A stretch of DNA of 61,000 bases, the filler included, from Sphacelaria rigidula (taxonomy: Eukaryota), in the NCBI GenBank assembly GCA_964200075.2. It is 8 parts of 8 records of this genome, joined end to end, with 100 filler letters (N's around TTAATTAATTAA, not from the genome) between each part and the next. Parts side by side here need not be neighbours in the genome. Positions count along the whole stretch, not along the records: positions 45,827 to 53,363 come from CAXNAA020014445.1; positions 53,464 to 61,000 come from CAXNAA020014446.1; 6 more parts are not named here. One strand, 5' to 3'. Below the pieces are notes generated by a model that made no database searches, was not told the origin of the DNA, and saw only the letters and a list, made by a program, of their open reading frames with translations. Below are positions 48,764 to 61,000 of this stretch, one piece after another (positions within the stretch are counted from its first letter, which is position 1; the number at the start of each line of letters is the position of its first letter). Both the position numbers and the translations under genes were made by a program.

Positions 48764-49270
48764 CAAGGTTGTGTTCCGTAGGGTACGGTTTTCTGTATAC
48801 CCGGGGGATTTTCCCCGGTATTTACCATACCCGCCAGTTTTGTGACTTCTGTAAGACATTCATACCGGTACCCGACAGTCCTGTAATCTCTGTAAGACTT
48901 TAACACGCTTACCCGATAGTTCTGTGAGTTCTGTAAGCCGTACCGACACCGGGGGGCACGGGTATGCTCTTGTTAAGATACCCAGTTGCGGGTACGGTTT
49001 TCTGTGCAACCTCCATACCCTCCCTGACAGTGTATGTGAGTTCTGTAAGCCTCCCATATCCCTCACCCGACAGTGTGTGTGGGTTCTGTACAGAGTGGTT
49101 ACCCGTACCCGGATCGCGGGTATGCGCTTGAAGAAATACGCGATTGCCGGTACGGTTTTCTGTAAGCGTCTAATACCGTACCCGACAAGTTCTGCAACTT
49201 TTGTAATATTTTCAGCCAGTACCGGTACCCGATAGCTCTGTAAGCTCTATAAGCCTCCCATACCTTTACC
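48764..49270. mobile_element. GTACCC/TTCTGTAAG-rich non-autonomous DNA element, copy 1
   Basis: Begins caaggttgtgttccgtagggtacgg and is collinear with 49956-50565. Confidence 0.75.
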
Positions 49271-49955
49271 CGGGGTTGGGGCATACCGTTGTAGATATAT
49301 ATCCCCGATTGCAGGTGCGAGCACAGAGATATATACCTTGGGGAGGTATGGATGTAGGTTCAATCCAAACACAACCTCATAACCTGAACGTGTACCTCCC
49401 ACCGATCAACCCACCCTATACCTTCATTCAACATTGCACACCAACAAAAATTCAACGTTGGAAAGTTCTTTCGTTACGAGGCACTGCTGTGTGGAACACT
49501 AAACATGAGCAGCACTGCAGACCGCCAGGATGGATCATCCCCAGACTAGAGTTGTGACTCAAGCGAGGGTGGTTCATCTGCGCCATCAGGGGATTAAGTA
49601 GCAAGACGCACGTCATCGACGTTGATGGTTGTGTCGTGGTCACCAAACCCCAGGCCGTTATCGACATGCGCAGCAAAGAGTATGAGCTGCCATTGGAGGT
49701 CATCAGAGCCGTCGACGATTTTGCCGTGCCGAAGGGCTTCCAGAGAATGGGCAGCCGTGAGTCCTCCTTTACGTACTTTCTGGGAACGTACGCGAAGCCC
49801 ATAGTTGTTGATGATCTCGTGCACATGTACAACTGCGAGTGTTCGATTAGTCTTTCTCCAACAACCCCGTGAAGCCGTCCAGAGTTGTCGTGAACTGCCA
49901 TCTATACTTCGCCACTGCAGTGACGTAGGTCCCACCACAGGGGTGATTATAATAC

Positions 49956-50565
49956 CAAGGTTATGTTTTGTAGGGTACGGGTTCCTGTATACCCGGGGTA
50001 TTTTCCTGGGTATTCACCGCACGTTACAGTTCTGTGACTTCTGTACGACTTTCATACCGGTACCCGACAGTTTTGTAAACTCTCCAAGACTTTCATACCG
50101 GTACCCGACAGTTCTGTAAACTCTCCAAGACTTTTATATCCGATAGGTCTACAAGTTCTGTAAGCCTCCCGTACCGTTACCGGGGAGTACGGGTATGCTC
50201 TGGATGAGATACCCGGTTGCGGGTACGTTTTTTTATGCAACCTCCACAGCCTACACGACAGTGTATGTGAGTTCTGTAAGCCTCCCATACCCTTATCTCA
50301 TAGTTCTGTGAGTTCTGCACGGAATGTTTGCCCGTACCCGGAGCGCGGGTATGCGCATGGAGAAAGCTCGCCGGTACGGTTTTCTGTAAGCCTCCCATAC
50401 CGCTTACCCGACAAGTTCTGTAATTTCTGTAAGACTTTCAAACCGGTACCCGACAGTTCTGTAACTTCTATTTGACTTTCATACCGGTACCCGGTATTTC
50501 TGTAAGTTCTGTGAGAAATTCCATACCCTACAAAACATACCCGTACCCTACAGGATATGACTTTG
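49956..50565. mobile_element. Same element, copy 2 with both TIRs
   Basis: caaggttatgttttgtagggtacgg ... ccgtaccctacaggatatgactttg, with many internal ccggtacccgacagttctgtaa repeats. Confidence 0.8.
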
Positions 50566-53363
50566 ATATATTCGCCGTAACATACGTGGTACATCGCCCC
50601 CTCGTGAATAACATCCTTGCTTGAGATTTTTGGATCACACGAGTACATGGTACTTGTGACACCCCCGAAAAAAAATCGCCCCCGAGGGTAATGGATTCTT
50701 GACCCTCGAAAGTCATTGCTCGGCGGTCTTACACCCCATACTTGACGGTACGGTATTGTCCGTCGTACTGCCGCGTGATAGCGGACTTGCGGGATAACTC
50801 CCGCGCGGAGACGGCCGAGGTAGTTGCGGATAAATCCCCATCTTGAAATATCTACTCGTAGTTGTATCCGATGTTGTTGGTCAGAAGGCCAGACTCGAAA
50901 GACAACATCAAATGGACACCACTATCGCGTGGGTAGGCTTCTCGCCATGAACCGTGGGGAATTTTTCGCGTCGCGTGTGCATCCTAAGCTTCCACCACAA
51001 CCTACAGCAGCTGCTACTGTAGACTAACGCGACAGCGGCCAAGAGTCGGTAGGACAGAGTGGAACACGAGCATGTTGTGGAGCAATTCATGGGGATGCGT
51101 TGAGGGAGCTTTCGAACGTATCGAAATATTTCGTCATAGTGTCTCACGCGGTCAGCAAAGGCAGGAGAGGAGTGAAGCTAGCCCAGATTAACCCCAGCTG
51201 CACAGCGAGGATGCCCTCGGCTCCTAGCGATCCCAACATTTGCGGCGATTACAATACCTTCGCCTAGGATCAGGGTCGAACTTCCACCATCATTTTCGAC
51301 TTATCTGGGGCCAACCCGTTGGTCAGAAAAACTCGGCGATCGTAGCAAGGTAGAGAGAAAGATTGAACACAACTGGCGGGCGGCGTCATGGTAAGAAAAC
51401 TAGTTGGTGAATAATTAACGCAAAACTTCAACCGAAACAACGTTATTCTACACCGTGGAATCTTGCTTACCAATATCGAATTTTTGCATCAAAACCTCTT
51501 CGTCATTATCCAAATGTATGTGTCTGCATGTGAACGTTATCCACTCCCCTCGACTGAAATCGAGCCGTGGTCCAAGACGAGGAGCGTTTGGATGATGGAC
51601 GATTCTCCAGAGCACCGACAGAATGACACAAAGAGGCAGGTCATTGACGAGGAGGTGCGTGTATGGGTCAAACAGGTGTCCTTCCGTTGTTGCTACATGG
51701 ATGAATATGCGGAACTACCGCTGTCCGGGTATTTTGTTTATCACACCTGGTGTGTACGAGTAGTAACAGAGCCGTGGCCGGCTGCTCCAGGGAGTAGTGG
51801 GTTGGGTCTTGTTGCACTGCTTGCTCAAAAATTCACCGTCCGTGCGAATGTTCATGATGCGTGGGACTCGTTTACTGCGGGGATATCTCATGTTCAAAGT
51901 AGAAATAGAGTGCGCCTGGGTGCCGCATCTCCACGGCTGTGGTGTACAGACTGATCGTACTGTGGACGCAGGGCATACGTCGAGCACATCAAGACAGTAC
52001 AAATAACCGAAGTATATCGTCGCATCTTCGATCCTCGTTTTTTATGGTGCACGGCCAAGGCCTCCGCGTTTACTTGCAGCTCCAAAGTGTATAGCAATAC
52101 CGCTTCTCTTACGAAAGAACCCAAACAAGCCACGCAAGCATCATTGCACAGTCTGCAGCTTGAAAACTGATGAAGGTTGCTGTCTCGCTTGCCGAATATA
52201 TCGCAGAGACTGCTTACGCCGTTTTGCATGTCGAAACTGCCAGGAGACTCTTCACACACGAACACTTTGAAGCGGGTTCCAATCAAAGAGGATTATCCCC
52301 TGTTTCCTGTTTCACAACCCCCTTTTTTGAAGACGACAGCTGATTGGTCGCTGCGACATCCCCCCTAAAAAAACGCACCAAAAATGGGGGGCGGGGGGGG
52401 GGGGGGTTCAAGTGAAGGAGCACTTCCTGAAACCTCTTTTGAAAGGGGGCCTTTTGAAAAGACTTCCGGAAACTTAACATTGATGTCCCGTTGACAATTG
52501 ACAAGGCCACATGTTAAGGCCTGCCATGTATCTTGGCACGGTCAGAGGTGAACCTGAGAAAGTTGGTGCCTCCGCAAACAAGAAACACGCAGCTCAAGCC
52601 GTAACTGTCTATCAGTTGAGCACGTTGTGCATGACCTTGCTCAAATTTGTTCAGTATTCAATCAGAAACGATGATTTTGTGTGAGACGCGCGCACGACAC
52701 ACGCACGAACGGTCAGCAACGACACGTTTTCGCTTGTAGTTTGACATGCACGCGCTCGCTATTCCTCCACAACAAGATGAATTTCCGTCAAACAAAGACT
52801 GCCGTGTGTAGATTAATGTGCATCGACATCTAATCAGGATCAAGAAGCCGAACCTGACTTGCAATCGACACTGGTCAAGATGCAACATTTTGACCAACGT
52901 CGGTTCCCGGTCAGGTTCGGCTTCTTGTTCGGTTAGATGTCTGCGGGGGTTTGTTTCCCTTGACCAAAGGAGGGAACACAACCCAACACTTGCCTCGCAA
53001 GCGAGTTTGTGTGCCGATTACCCGGAGATTCGTGCACGATAGAAGTCCAAGGAAGGGGTTCGAACTCTTACTCTCTCTCTCTGCGGATAGCAAAGTGCTC
53101 TTTCAAGTAAGCTACGTCGGTAGTCTTCGGCGACAGAGCTCAAGTGAGCAGGACAGACCGAAGTGTGGGGGTAGAAATAAGTGAGATGAGGTGGAGATGA
53201 TCTATCCTCACAGCTCATCTCAGACGGGACGAAAGGACAAGGGGAAAGAGACCATGAACCAACATACATCGGCCTTGAGTTCGTCACCTTGAGTTTCGTG
53301 TGTATAGTAGTCAGCGTCAGAAGTTTTCAAATTCGTAGTCGTCCTTTTTTCTGAGTTTTTCTG

Positions 53364-53463
53364 NNNNNNNNNNNNNNNNNNNNNNNNNNNNNNNNNNNNN
53401 NNNNNNNTTAATTAATTAANNNNNNNNNNNNNNNNNNNNNNNNNNNNNNNNNNNNNNNNNNNN
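53364..53463. other. Artificial contig-joining linker
   Basis: N44-TTAATTAATTAA-N44. Confidence 0.98.
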
Positions 53464-54814
53464 GGCCCCCCCCCCCCCCCGGAGGGCATGTTTGTCATGT
53501 TTTTTTTTGTTAACTTCGTTGCAGGAAATCGATAAAAAAAAACACCAACTAAAACCGAAAAGTCTGGTGGGCTCTGCGTGGTTCGTATATCTGCTTCTAT
53601 TCCTTGCCCGCTCTATCCCGATTGTAATGCGTGAGAGGACCGCGTCGCAGTTCGAAACACCTCAGGATCGACGTGTTTCAAAACCAATCGGGCCAGTCCT
53701 TGGAGGGACCACGCCCCTGACTCTAACCCCAACACTCACCATAACCGTAACCGTAGGGATGTTTATATTCTGATGCGGTTCTCTAACCACGCGTTCCTCT
53801 CACGCATCACACCGATGACCTCGGATGCCGAAGGGCATCTTTTCCGAAATTTGTCCTGATTTTTTTTTCCCGTTAATTTTGTTGCAAAAAATTGATCAAT
53901 GAAGACTGACAAAAATCGAAAAGTGCATTAGGCTTTGAGCGGGTTCATGTAAAATTTGCTCCTGCCCCTTGCCCGCTCTGTCCCGATGGCCTCTGGTTCT
54001 CATACCGACGATCTCTGTCTCCACGGCAGCCGACCGCATCCGCCAACGCTTCGGCAAAAAACCAGGCGACAGACGGCTAGGTGTCCCCCACCCCCCTCGT
54101 CAGAAACTAACTCAAATGTTCGATTTCGGGGCCTAGGTGTGCAGATTGTTTTTACGCTGCCTCCTGAGGCGTGGTCTTATCAGAAGTGATAATCACTTTT
54201 TAAGAAATCATTCTCGTAAAAAACGACCGATGATTGGTTGCCGCGATACCCCCCCCCCCCGCAAAAAAAAAGTGCCAAAAAATCACTTTTGCAAAAGTGA
54301 TTAAGTGACACCTCGAACGGGAACATACAGCATCCCGTTGACAGGGGCATAACCGAAGTCTTGACAGACAAGTCAACACAATCAAACGTGAATCTGGGGA
54401 TCGCATTGCCCTCCCGAACCAAAACACCACTCCATTCATTGCTGCTCATCAGCTGAGCGTGCTGTGCGTGACCTTGCTCACATCGGTCCAGAATTCAGTG
54501 AGGAATGGTGATTTGCGTGAGACGCGCGCATGGCACACCCTCAAAAACAGTCAGCAACAGCACGTTTTCGGTTGCTAGTTGACACACACGCGGCTGCCTT
54601 TCATCCAATACTGGACGGATTTTCGTCAAACAAAGGTTGTCGTGTGCTGATGAGAGAAGGAAATTACCGCCTATCTCCACACGCGAAACACTCCCGCTTA
54701 CTTGAAACATTCACGAGGCATCCGCGGTATTTTTTCGCCCCCTTTCTGACGTCTGCACACGAGATACTGCTAAACTATCAACTGCAACGTGCTAACACGC
54801 ATTACACATAAACA

Positions 54815-55225
54815 AGGCGGCTCCACTACGGTGATTGCTCATGGGCGCTTTTTGGGGGGCCCTCGGGTTCGAACTGCCCATTTGCCACCCGGCTCCGTGG
54901 CACCCATGAAGAAACACCAAGTGATTGACCGCTTCAGTGCTTAACTTGTTGCATTTCTTCTCGTGTGGTGTGTGTGGTGTGTGGCGAGGTGGTGAGCATT
55001 GGGGTGATGGACGGTGGACGGAGACATGCGAAAAAGGGGGGACGATGTGCTGCCTACCACCCCCCACCCCTCCGATATATATTTTTGTAATATATCGATG
55101 ATATGAATATCTGATATCGATATTGATATGTATCGACAACTATCGGGTTGGCGGTACCGATACGCCTTATCGACCGATATATATATATATATCGAAATCG
55201 TATCGAGTATCGATATCCGACTTTC
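54815..55225 (-). mobile_element. Second copy of the hAT-like non-autonomous element
   Basis: Reverse complement of ~25100-25432. Encodes EKKCNKLSTEAVNHLVFLHGCHG. The ATCGAT-rich block matches 23836-24000. Confidence 0.65.
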
Positions 55226-55641
55226 AACACTGACAGAGATATATTGGATTAACCCTTCTGGGACCGGGCCTCCCGAACGACCAATGAGGCTGGTCAGGAA
55301 TGGCGTGTCTGGCATCTGCATGATGCAGTGGCTTGTTGCTGAAAAGCCGCGTTTGTAACCGCAGGGTTATGACGAAGACCGAAGTTTCATCCAATCTATT
55401 TTCAGGTCCAGGGTGCGCATTAGGTATTACATCTGATGTAGTAAGCATTATGGGTCGCCCTAGAGAGCTTTCAACAGGTTGCGGCGACCGGCGGGCCGCC
55501 CGCCACTTGTGGCTTTGGATGATACGTTTGTCTCCATCGCCTTGTGGTCGGGGTGGGCCGCCATTTCCCCCTTTGTTGCATGCGGCAAATTCTCTTCGAA
55601 GCGTATCAGCCTTGCGGCGCGCATGCATATAACAGTATAGT

Positions 55642-56029
55642 ACAGCTATGCCCGTGAATGGGGCCCGATTTTGGGCACTATATACCGGGAAAATGGATCG
55701 ATGATCTCCCTATAGCTCGAGCTACTGTAGCTCTTCTTGAGCGTAGCTCCCTAGTGAGCTATGAGAGCTGTATGAGCTACGCATGTTTACCGTACGTGAG
55801 CTATCATCCCGTAGCTCATCACCTCATATTCGTCCTGGATGAGCTCCGTACGTTTACGATAGGTGAGCTACCAACCCGTAGCTCATCAGCTCAGATTCGT
55901 CCTGGGTGAGCTATGAGAGCTGCATGAGCTACACATGTTTTTGCCGGATGAGCTATCGGACGTAGCTCACATGTACATGTCTGACTACAAGTGAGCTACC
56001 GCTTGCAGATGAGCTAGCTCATTAGCTGT
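55642..56029. mobile_element. TAGCTC/GAGCTA-rich MITE
   Basis: Short inverted termini acagctatg and cattagctgt, with many internal gagcta/tagctc motifs. Confidence 0.6.
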
Positions 56030-56847
56030 CCTACGTGTGGTACATTCTACCACACACCTGTGACTGACGTTGCTGTACACCTGTACACAGGAGTATGATA
56101 ACAGGAGGGTAAAAGCTGCTGCTCGTGTTGTTGTGCTCATCTTTCAACGCTTCTTTCTCGGCAACGACGCAGAGGATTGGACTGCGGTTTGATGCTTGCG
56201 CTTCCCACACACCAGAACTAGTGAATTTGAAATGGTTTCCATACGCGTGCCGCGGAGGACGCAGCACCTTGCAAACCGCTGCACAAACACAGAATGTACT
56301 ACAAGAAGCGTTTTCTGCAACGTTATAACAGCAACTCCGCCTATCAAACTCACGACGTCTCGTGTGTGTGCGGGGGGCTGTGAAGTTCCAGAGGCCGGTT
56401 GTTTCCTGTCTCGAGATAGTAGCGACGAAAATTTACAGCTGTCGCATACTAAACCTCGGTAACTTGGGATGGAGCGCGTATCATGTTCGGCGGAGGTTTA
56501 GCAGAGGTTCCGCACAGACCCGACCAGCCCATGGCGTCTTCCATATGCCTTCAATAACCGTCCGCGTTCATTTGATTTTTTGTGGGCAACGGATTTGTAG
56601 TCGGTAAGTCCTTCAATCACGGGCATAACAATACAGAAGTGTCGCTCTCCGACTGAAGCAGTAGCTGTCACTGCATACTCCCTTGCACGTTCTGGGTATT
56701 TCTCAGCTACCGAGATCAACTGCCTATATATCGCTTCCTCACCCCCGCCCACTACGTACATGTTAACCAACTGCACGCTGGACGTCATCAGCACAATTCA
56801 TCACGGGTGCTTCTCTTGTCTCCCCAAGGTCCACCTCGGTTTAGTGT

Positions 56848-56935
56848 ATGTGTTGTGTTGTCGTCCCATCCATTCTGGACGCCGGTCTACACCTTTCGGT
56901 ATATTTGGGCGCATCAGCCGGGGTCACACGGGAGT
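56848..56935 (-). mobile_element. SINE 3' fragment
   Basis: gtgttgtcgtcccatccattctggacgccgg...gcatcagccggggtcacac. Confidence 0.75.
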
Positions 56936-58370
56936 TTTTTTTTCAAGTGCCTCGTAAAAATGACTACATAGTAACATCTACATTTCTTGTCGTTTTTTTC
57001 CGCTTCACCCTGTGTTGGGGTGTTGGTGTAATCACCATGTTTTAGTATACAATTGTGACCCAAAAAACCTCCGGAAAAACTCGGGAGCGCTGAACTGAGT
57101 GCAAGCAATCCCATGAGACCAAGTTCCGACCGCCCTGCATTTGGAAACGTGGGAAGACTTATTTCGGCCGGGATAGGGCCCTCACACGATCTTTGCAGTG
57201 GCACCACAATCGCCAACAACCCCCGCAGTGGTTGATAAATTTCGTCTCGCCGTGATTGAGCAGGTCACTACAGTAGAAAAGTTTTTATTTATTTATTATT
57301 TCACGAACACATGGTCAACCTCGTGTGTTACCTTGTATGCAAATGAGGGCTTCGGTCTGGATAAAACTACTCATCGATTAGACTCAGAACTAGTCGTTGT
57401 GGGGGCAGTCACTCCTCCAAGAGTAAGTTTTTGAAAAGTAATAAAATCACTTCTGATGGGACCCCGCCTGATGTACTGTACCCGCAAATATCTTAAATTT
57501 CAAACCAAGTATTGAGTCACTTGAGGACACTATAGCATGAGCAAGTTCTCGCGGGAACCCTTACTTTGTTTCAGTTACGGGCTGCAGGGTAAGGGGTTCG
57601 TACAGGCTCTGGGAGTACTGCATATGCCTGCATCATCTCATTAGTTTCATACAGACAGTATCCACTCCTGATTTTGGAACGTACAAGGGGTACGTTCCAC
57701 AAGTAGTGGATACAGACATTCAGGCATTCATAATTCGCATGATATGGCATCATAGACTATGCAGACCTCGTACCCTAGATAATTGGCTCTCGAAACCAGT
57801 CGGGGTGCGCCTGGACACCATCGTGAGAATGATGAGACCGTGGTCCGATGTGCTGTTCTGAGTGAGAGCTCATCTCTTACCCTTCGATGCGAAACTTGAC
57901 GAGCCCCATAGTTTGGACCAATCGTGTTGACTGTTGTACTACGCTAGTGGATGTTAGTTCGTGAGCACAAACCGGTCCCTGTCGAGCGAATTCATGATTC
58001 CAGTACCCTGTTCTGGTACTTCAAGCAGCAAGGTATCATATGTACTACTCACATGTCATTCAATTAGTATCAGAACAGCATGTAGTAATGACAGCAGTAT
58101 AGCGCGGTATTTTCGTCAGAGCGAACTGCGAACATCTTGGAACAACGTGTAGTGCATCTGACAGAGGCACTACTGGACCGAAAATCAAAACAGAACCCAC
58201 TCTTGGTACACTGCTCTCTTGACTGGAGTGAACTTCACCTTGCGCTGGACTCGGGAAATAAAAAGCGGGCCCCTCCCACACCCGTTTGTTCCACGAGTTC
58301 CATTAAATTGATTCAGCGACCGACTCTCGCGATCATGCGTACCGGGCTTGTTTTTCTTCGCGAAATTGGT

Positions 58371-58387
58371 GGTGTTGAGGAAACACC
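58371..58387 (-). promoter_or_regulatory. Histone 3'-UTR stem-loop-like element of H4
   Basis: mRNA sense GGTGTT-TCCTC-AACACC followed by ACCAA, about 96 nt after the H4 stop. Confidence 0.7.
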
Positions 58388-58482
58388 AGGGTCGTTGGTC
58401 CGCCAGAGGGTGGCGGTGCCTCTGCGGCAAAGCGTGAAAGAGACGTCACACGCTTGGGAGTTTAGAAGCGAAGCTGTGGCGC

Positions 58483-58962
<480 letters not shown>

Positions 58963-59123
58963 CTATCCCCGTACAAACACGCCTCTTTGACAATTCATTT
59001 ATGCCGGCATGCTTGCTGTGTTTCCCGGTGGGGGGTGATTACCAACTCGTGTTACCGTGCCAGCTCATCTGACGCCATCTGTACCTTTCGTCTTCGTGGT
59101 TTCTTCTCGTTCACTTAATAATC

Positions 59124-59126
59124 ATG
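59124..59126 (+). CDS. H2A.Z: H2A.Z exon 1 coding part (ATG only)
   Basis: atcATG|gtgagt is a perfect donor, and exon 2 lacks its own start codon. Confidence 0.75.
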
Positions 59127-60177
59127 GTGAGTCTACGCGTGGAGTGAGAGTCGTGTTGTGGTCTGTTTCATCTGGTTGTGTTGGCGTCGCTTCAGGTTCA
59201 GTTTTTGACAGGTTGTATGCTTATTTTTCGTTTGTTTTTGGGTCTAACTCAACGAGGGACCCCTAGTTTTCATCGAGAGTTGTGCGAAGTGCGCGTCTCG
59301 CTGAATCACGAGAGCGCGTGCTCATTGCTTGGTTCGCGTCTTGAGACCGTGTCTGAAAGCGGTTCTGTGCGCGACTATGCGGTACTACTAGCGATGACAC
59401 ACCGATACCTTCGCGTACAGGCACTGTAGCTATTGCCAACAACGCCTGTTCGCTGCACACCTCATTTTTCAACTTGTCGTGCGGGGCAGCCGTTATGTTG
59501 TGTGTGTACTCGTCTTTTCAAAAACCCACTGGTTTTGGCGTCATCTAAATGTTGCCGACTGGGTCGCCGTTCAGTTGGCCCAAGGCCTGCTGGAGCCAGT
59601 GTCATCACTGCGCAGGATCCCCATACCAACAGCACCGTAGCTAGAGCCGAGAGCATCTGTCGATGCAGTTCACCATCCTTGGCATCAACCATCCGGCAAA
59701 TGTTGCTTGCTTGCACTCACTTTCAAATGCAAGCGACTTCAAAACCATGCGACCCTGTTGGCGAAACACCCCCTCTCGCGACGTCCAAACGGAACGGGCG
59801 TGATTTTACTTGATAACTGATTACAGAAAGGCACATCCACAACATCGGTGATTTTTTTCCGCCACTTCTGTTGCACTGCCTGTAACTGCTGCCCGTACTG
59901 CACTACGTATACTGCACGGTACGGTGCGATACCGTACGATACCGTGCCGTCATGTGCTCGCTCCATACCATCAACATACTGTTCTGCATGCTCATGCACA
60001 CTGCCGTGAGCGTATCGCACGTTTGCTGCAGAACGAAAGTCGGTCTAGCGCGCCTAACCCATACCCCTCTCTCTGGACGCCGGTGCTCTCTCGACGTTCG
60101 CCCCCCCCCCCCTCCTGTCTCCCTCTCTGCGGCATACAATTTTCAAACCGTGGAAAATAAAACGCTTATACGCTTAG

Positions 60178-60582
60178 TCCGGCAAAGGTGGTAAGGGTGG
60201 TAAGGGTGGCAAGGGTGGTAAGGCACCGACGTCAAAGAAGGCACCGCAATCAAGGTCGTCCAAGGCAGGCTTGCAGTTCCCCGTGGGTCGTATCCACCGA
60301 TTCCTCAAATCAAGAGTGCACTCGCACCAGCGGGTGGGTGCCACATCTGCTGTGTACACTGCGGCGATCCTGGAGTACTTGACCGCGGAGGTGCTCGAGT
60401 TGGCCGGGAACGCGTGCAAGGACCTCAAGGTAAAGCGTATCACACCGCGCCACTTGCAGCTCGCCATCCGCGGAGACGAGGAGCTCGATACGCTCATCAA
60501 GGCCACCATCGCCGGCGGAGGTGTCATCCCCCACATCCACAAGTCCCTCATCAACAAGTCCAACAAAAAGCGGGCGATCTAA
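60178..60582 (+). CDS. H2A.Z: Histone variant H2A.Z, main exon (135 aa with the spliced ATG)
   Basis: ttag| [44 protein letters not shown]...[43 protein letters not shown] carries the H2A.Z-specific signatures. Confidence 0.97.
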   Translation, partial: SGKGGKGGKGGKGGKAPTSKKAPQSRSSKAGLQFPVGRIHRFLKSRVHSHQRVGATSAVYTAAILEYLTAEVLELAGNACKDLKVKRITPRHLQLAIRGDEELDTLIKATIAGGGVIPHIHKSLINKSNKKRAI

Positions 60583-61000
60583 CCGGAGGGCCTATTTTTA
60601 CATACTTCATACTCGGTGTATACTGCAGCTTCTGGATTTCAGCGCTCGTCGGCAAAGGGCGCCAGCGACAGCAGCAATAGCTGGGCCCCCACGTAAAGGT
60701 TCTCTCCGTCTTCAGCTTTCCGGTTCTTTTTTTCTTGTTTTATTTTCGTGAATTTTTTGGTGTTTGTGGTTTGTCCGTCTCGCGTCTTTTTTTTTTTGAC
60801 GCGATTTTTTTCTTCTCCATCACCGTGTGTACCTTTTTGTGTCTCGCTATCCATGAGAAAAGAAAATTATATGTACCTGCCGCGCGCGCGCTGCTTTTTG
60901 TTGCTGTACACATTCTTCTTTTCAAAAGTTAAAAACAGCTAGCTGCCGCTGTTCGTCTTTTTTTTTTTGTTGCGTTTGTCATGGAGAAGGAGTACGATCT

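Noticed and set aside
7539..53463. Regularly spaced TTAATTAATTAA elements as a biological repeat
   Set aside because: They are assembly spacers embedded in Ns.
56498..56794. Protein kinase fragment (EEAIYRQL...FCIVMPVIEG)
   Set aside because: Only a weak resemblance to subdomains III-V; no HRD- or DFG-like motifs found downstream.
60174..60566. Antisense ORFs over H2A.Z, H4 and copia
   Set aside because: Shadow frames of GC-rich coding sequence.

Overview
Eukaryotic, intron- and repeat-rich DNA, most likely a brown alga (Phaeophyceae) or related stramenopile (inference). The window is not one locus. It is eight unrelated contigs of 7,537-7,538 bp joined by seven identical 100-bp artificial linkers (N44-TTAATTAATTAA-N44), so no synteny can be read across linkers. 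Recognisable genes, several pieces absent from the ORF track: two exons of a low-specificity L-threonine aldolase (contig 1); three exons of an MTD1-type NAD-dependent methylene-THF dehydrogenase (contig 3); three exons of BBSome subunit BBS7 with a GC-AG intron (contig 6); and an intronless histone H4 with a 3' histone-type stem-loop, head-to-head with a two-exon H2A.Z (contig 8). Contig 5 holds a decayed Ty1/copia retrotransposon. The rest is a mosaic of a tRNA-derived SINE, LINE 3' ends with poly(C) tails, piggyBac-like TTAA MITEs, hAT-like and foldback MITEs, a MITE carrying (CCCTAA)n, and mini/microsatellites. I see no convincing complete new multi-gene system. The best leads are the H4 stem-loop/H2A.Z pair, the poly(C)-tailed retroposon ends, the telomere-repeat-carrying MITE and an AP2-like peptide between transposon ends.
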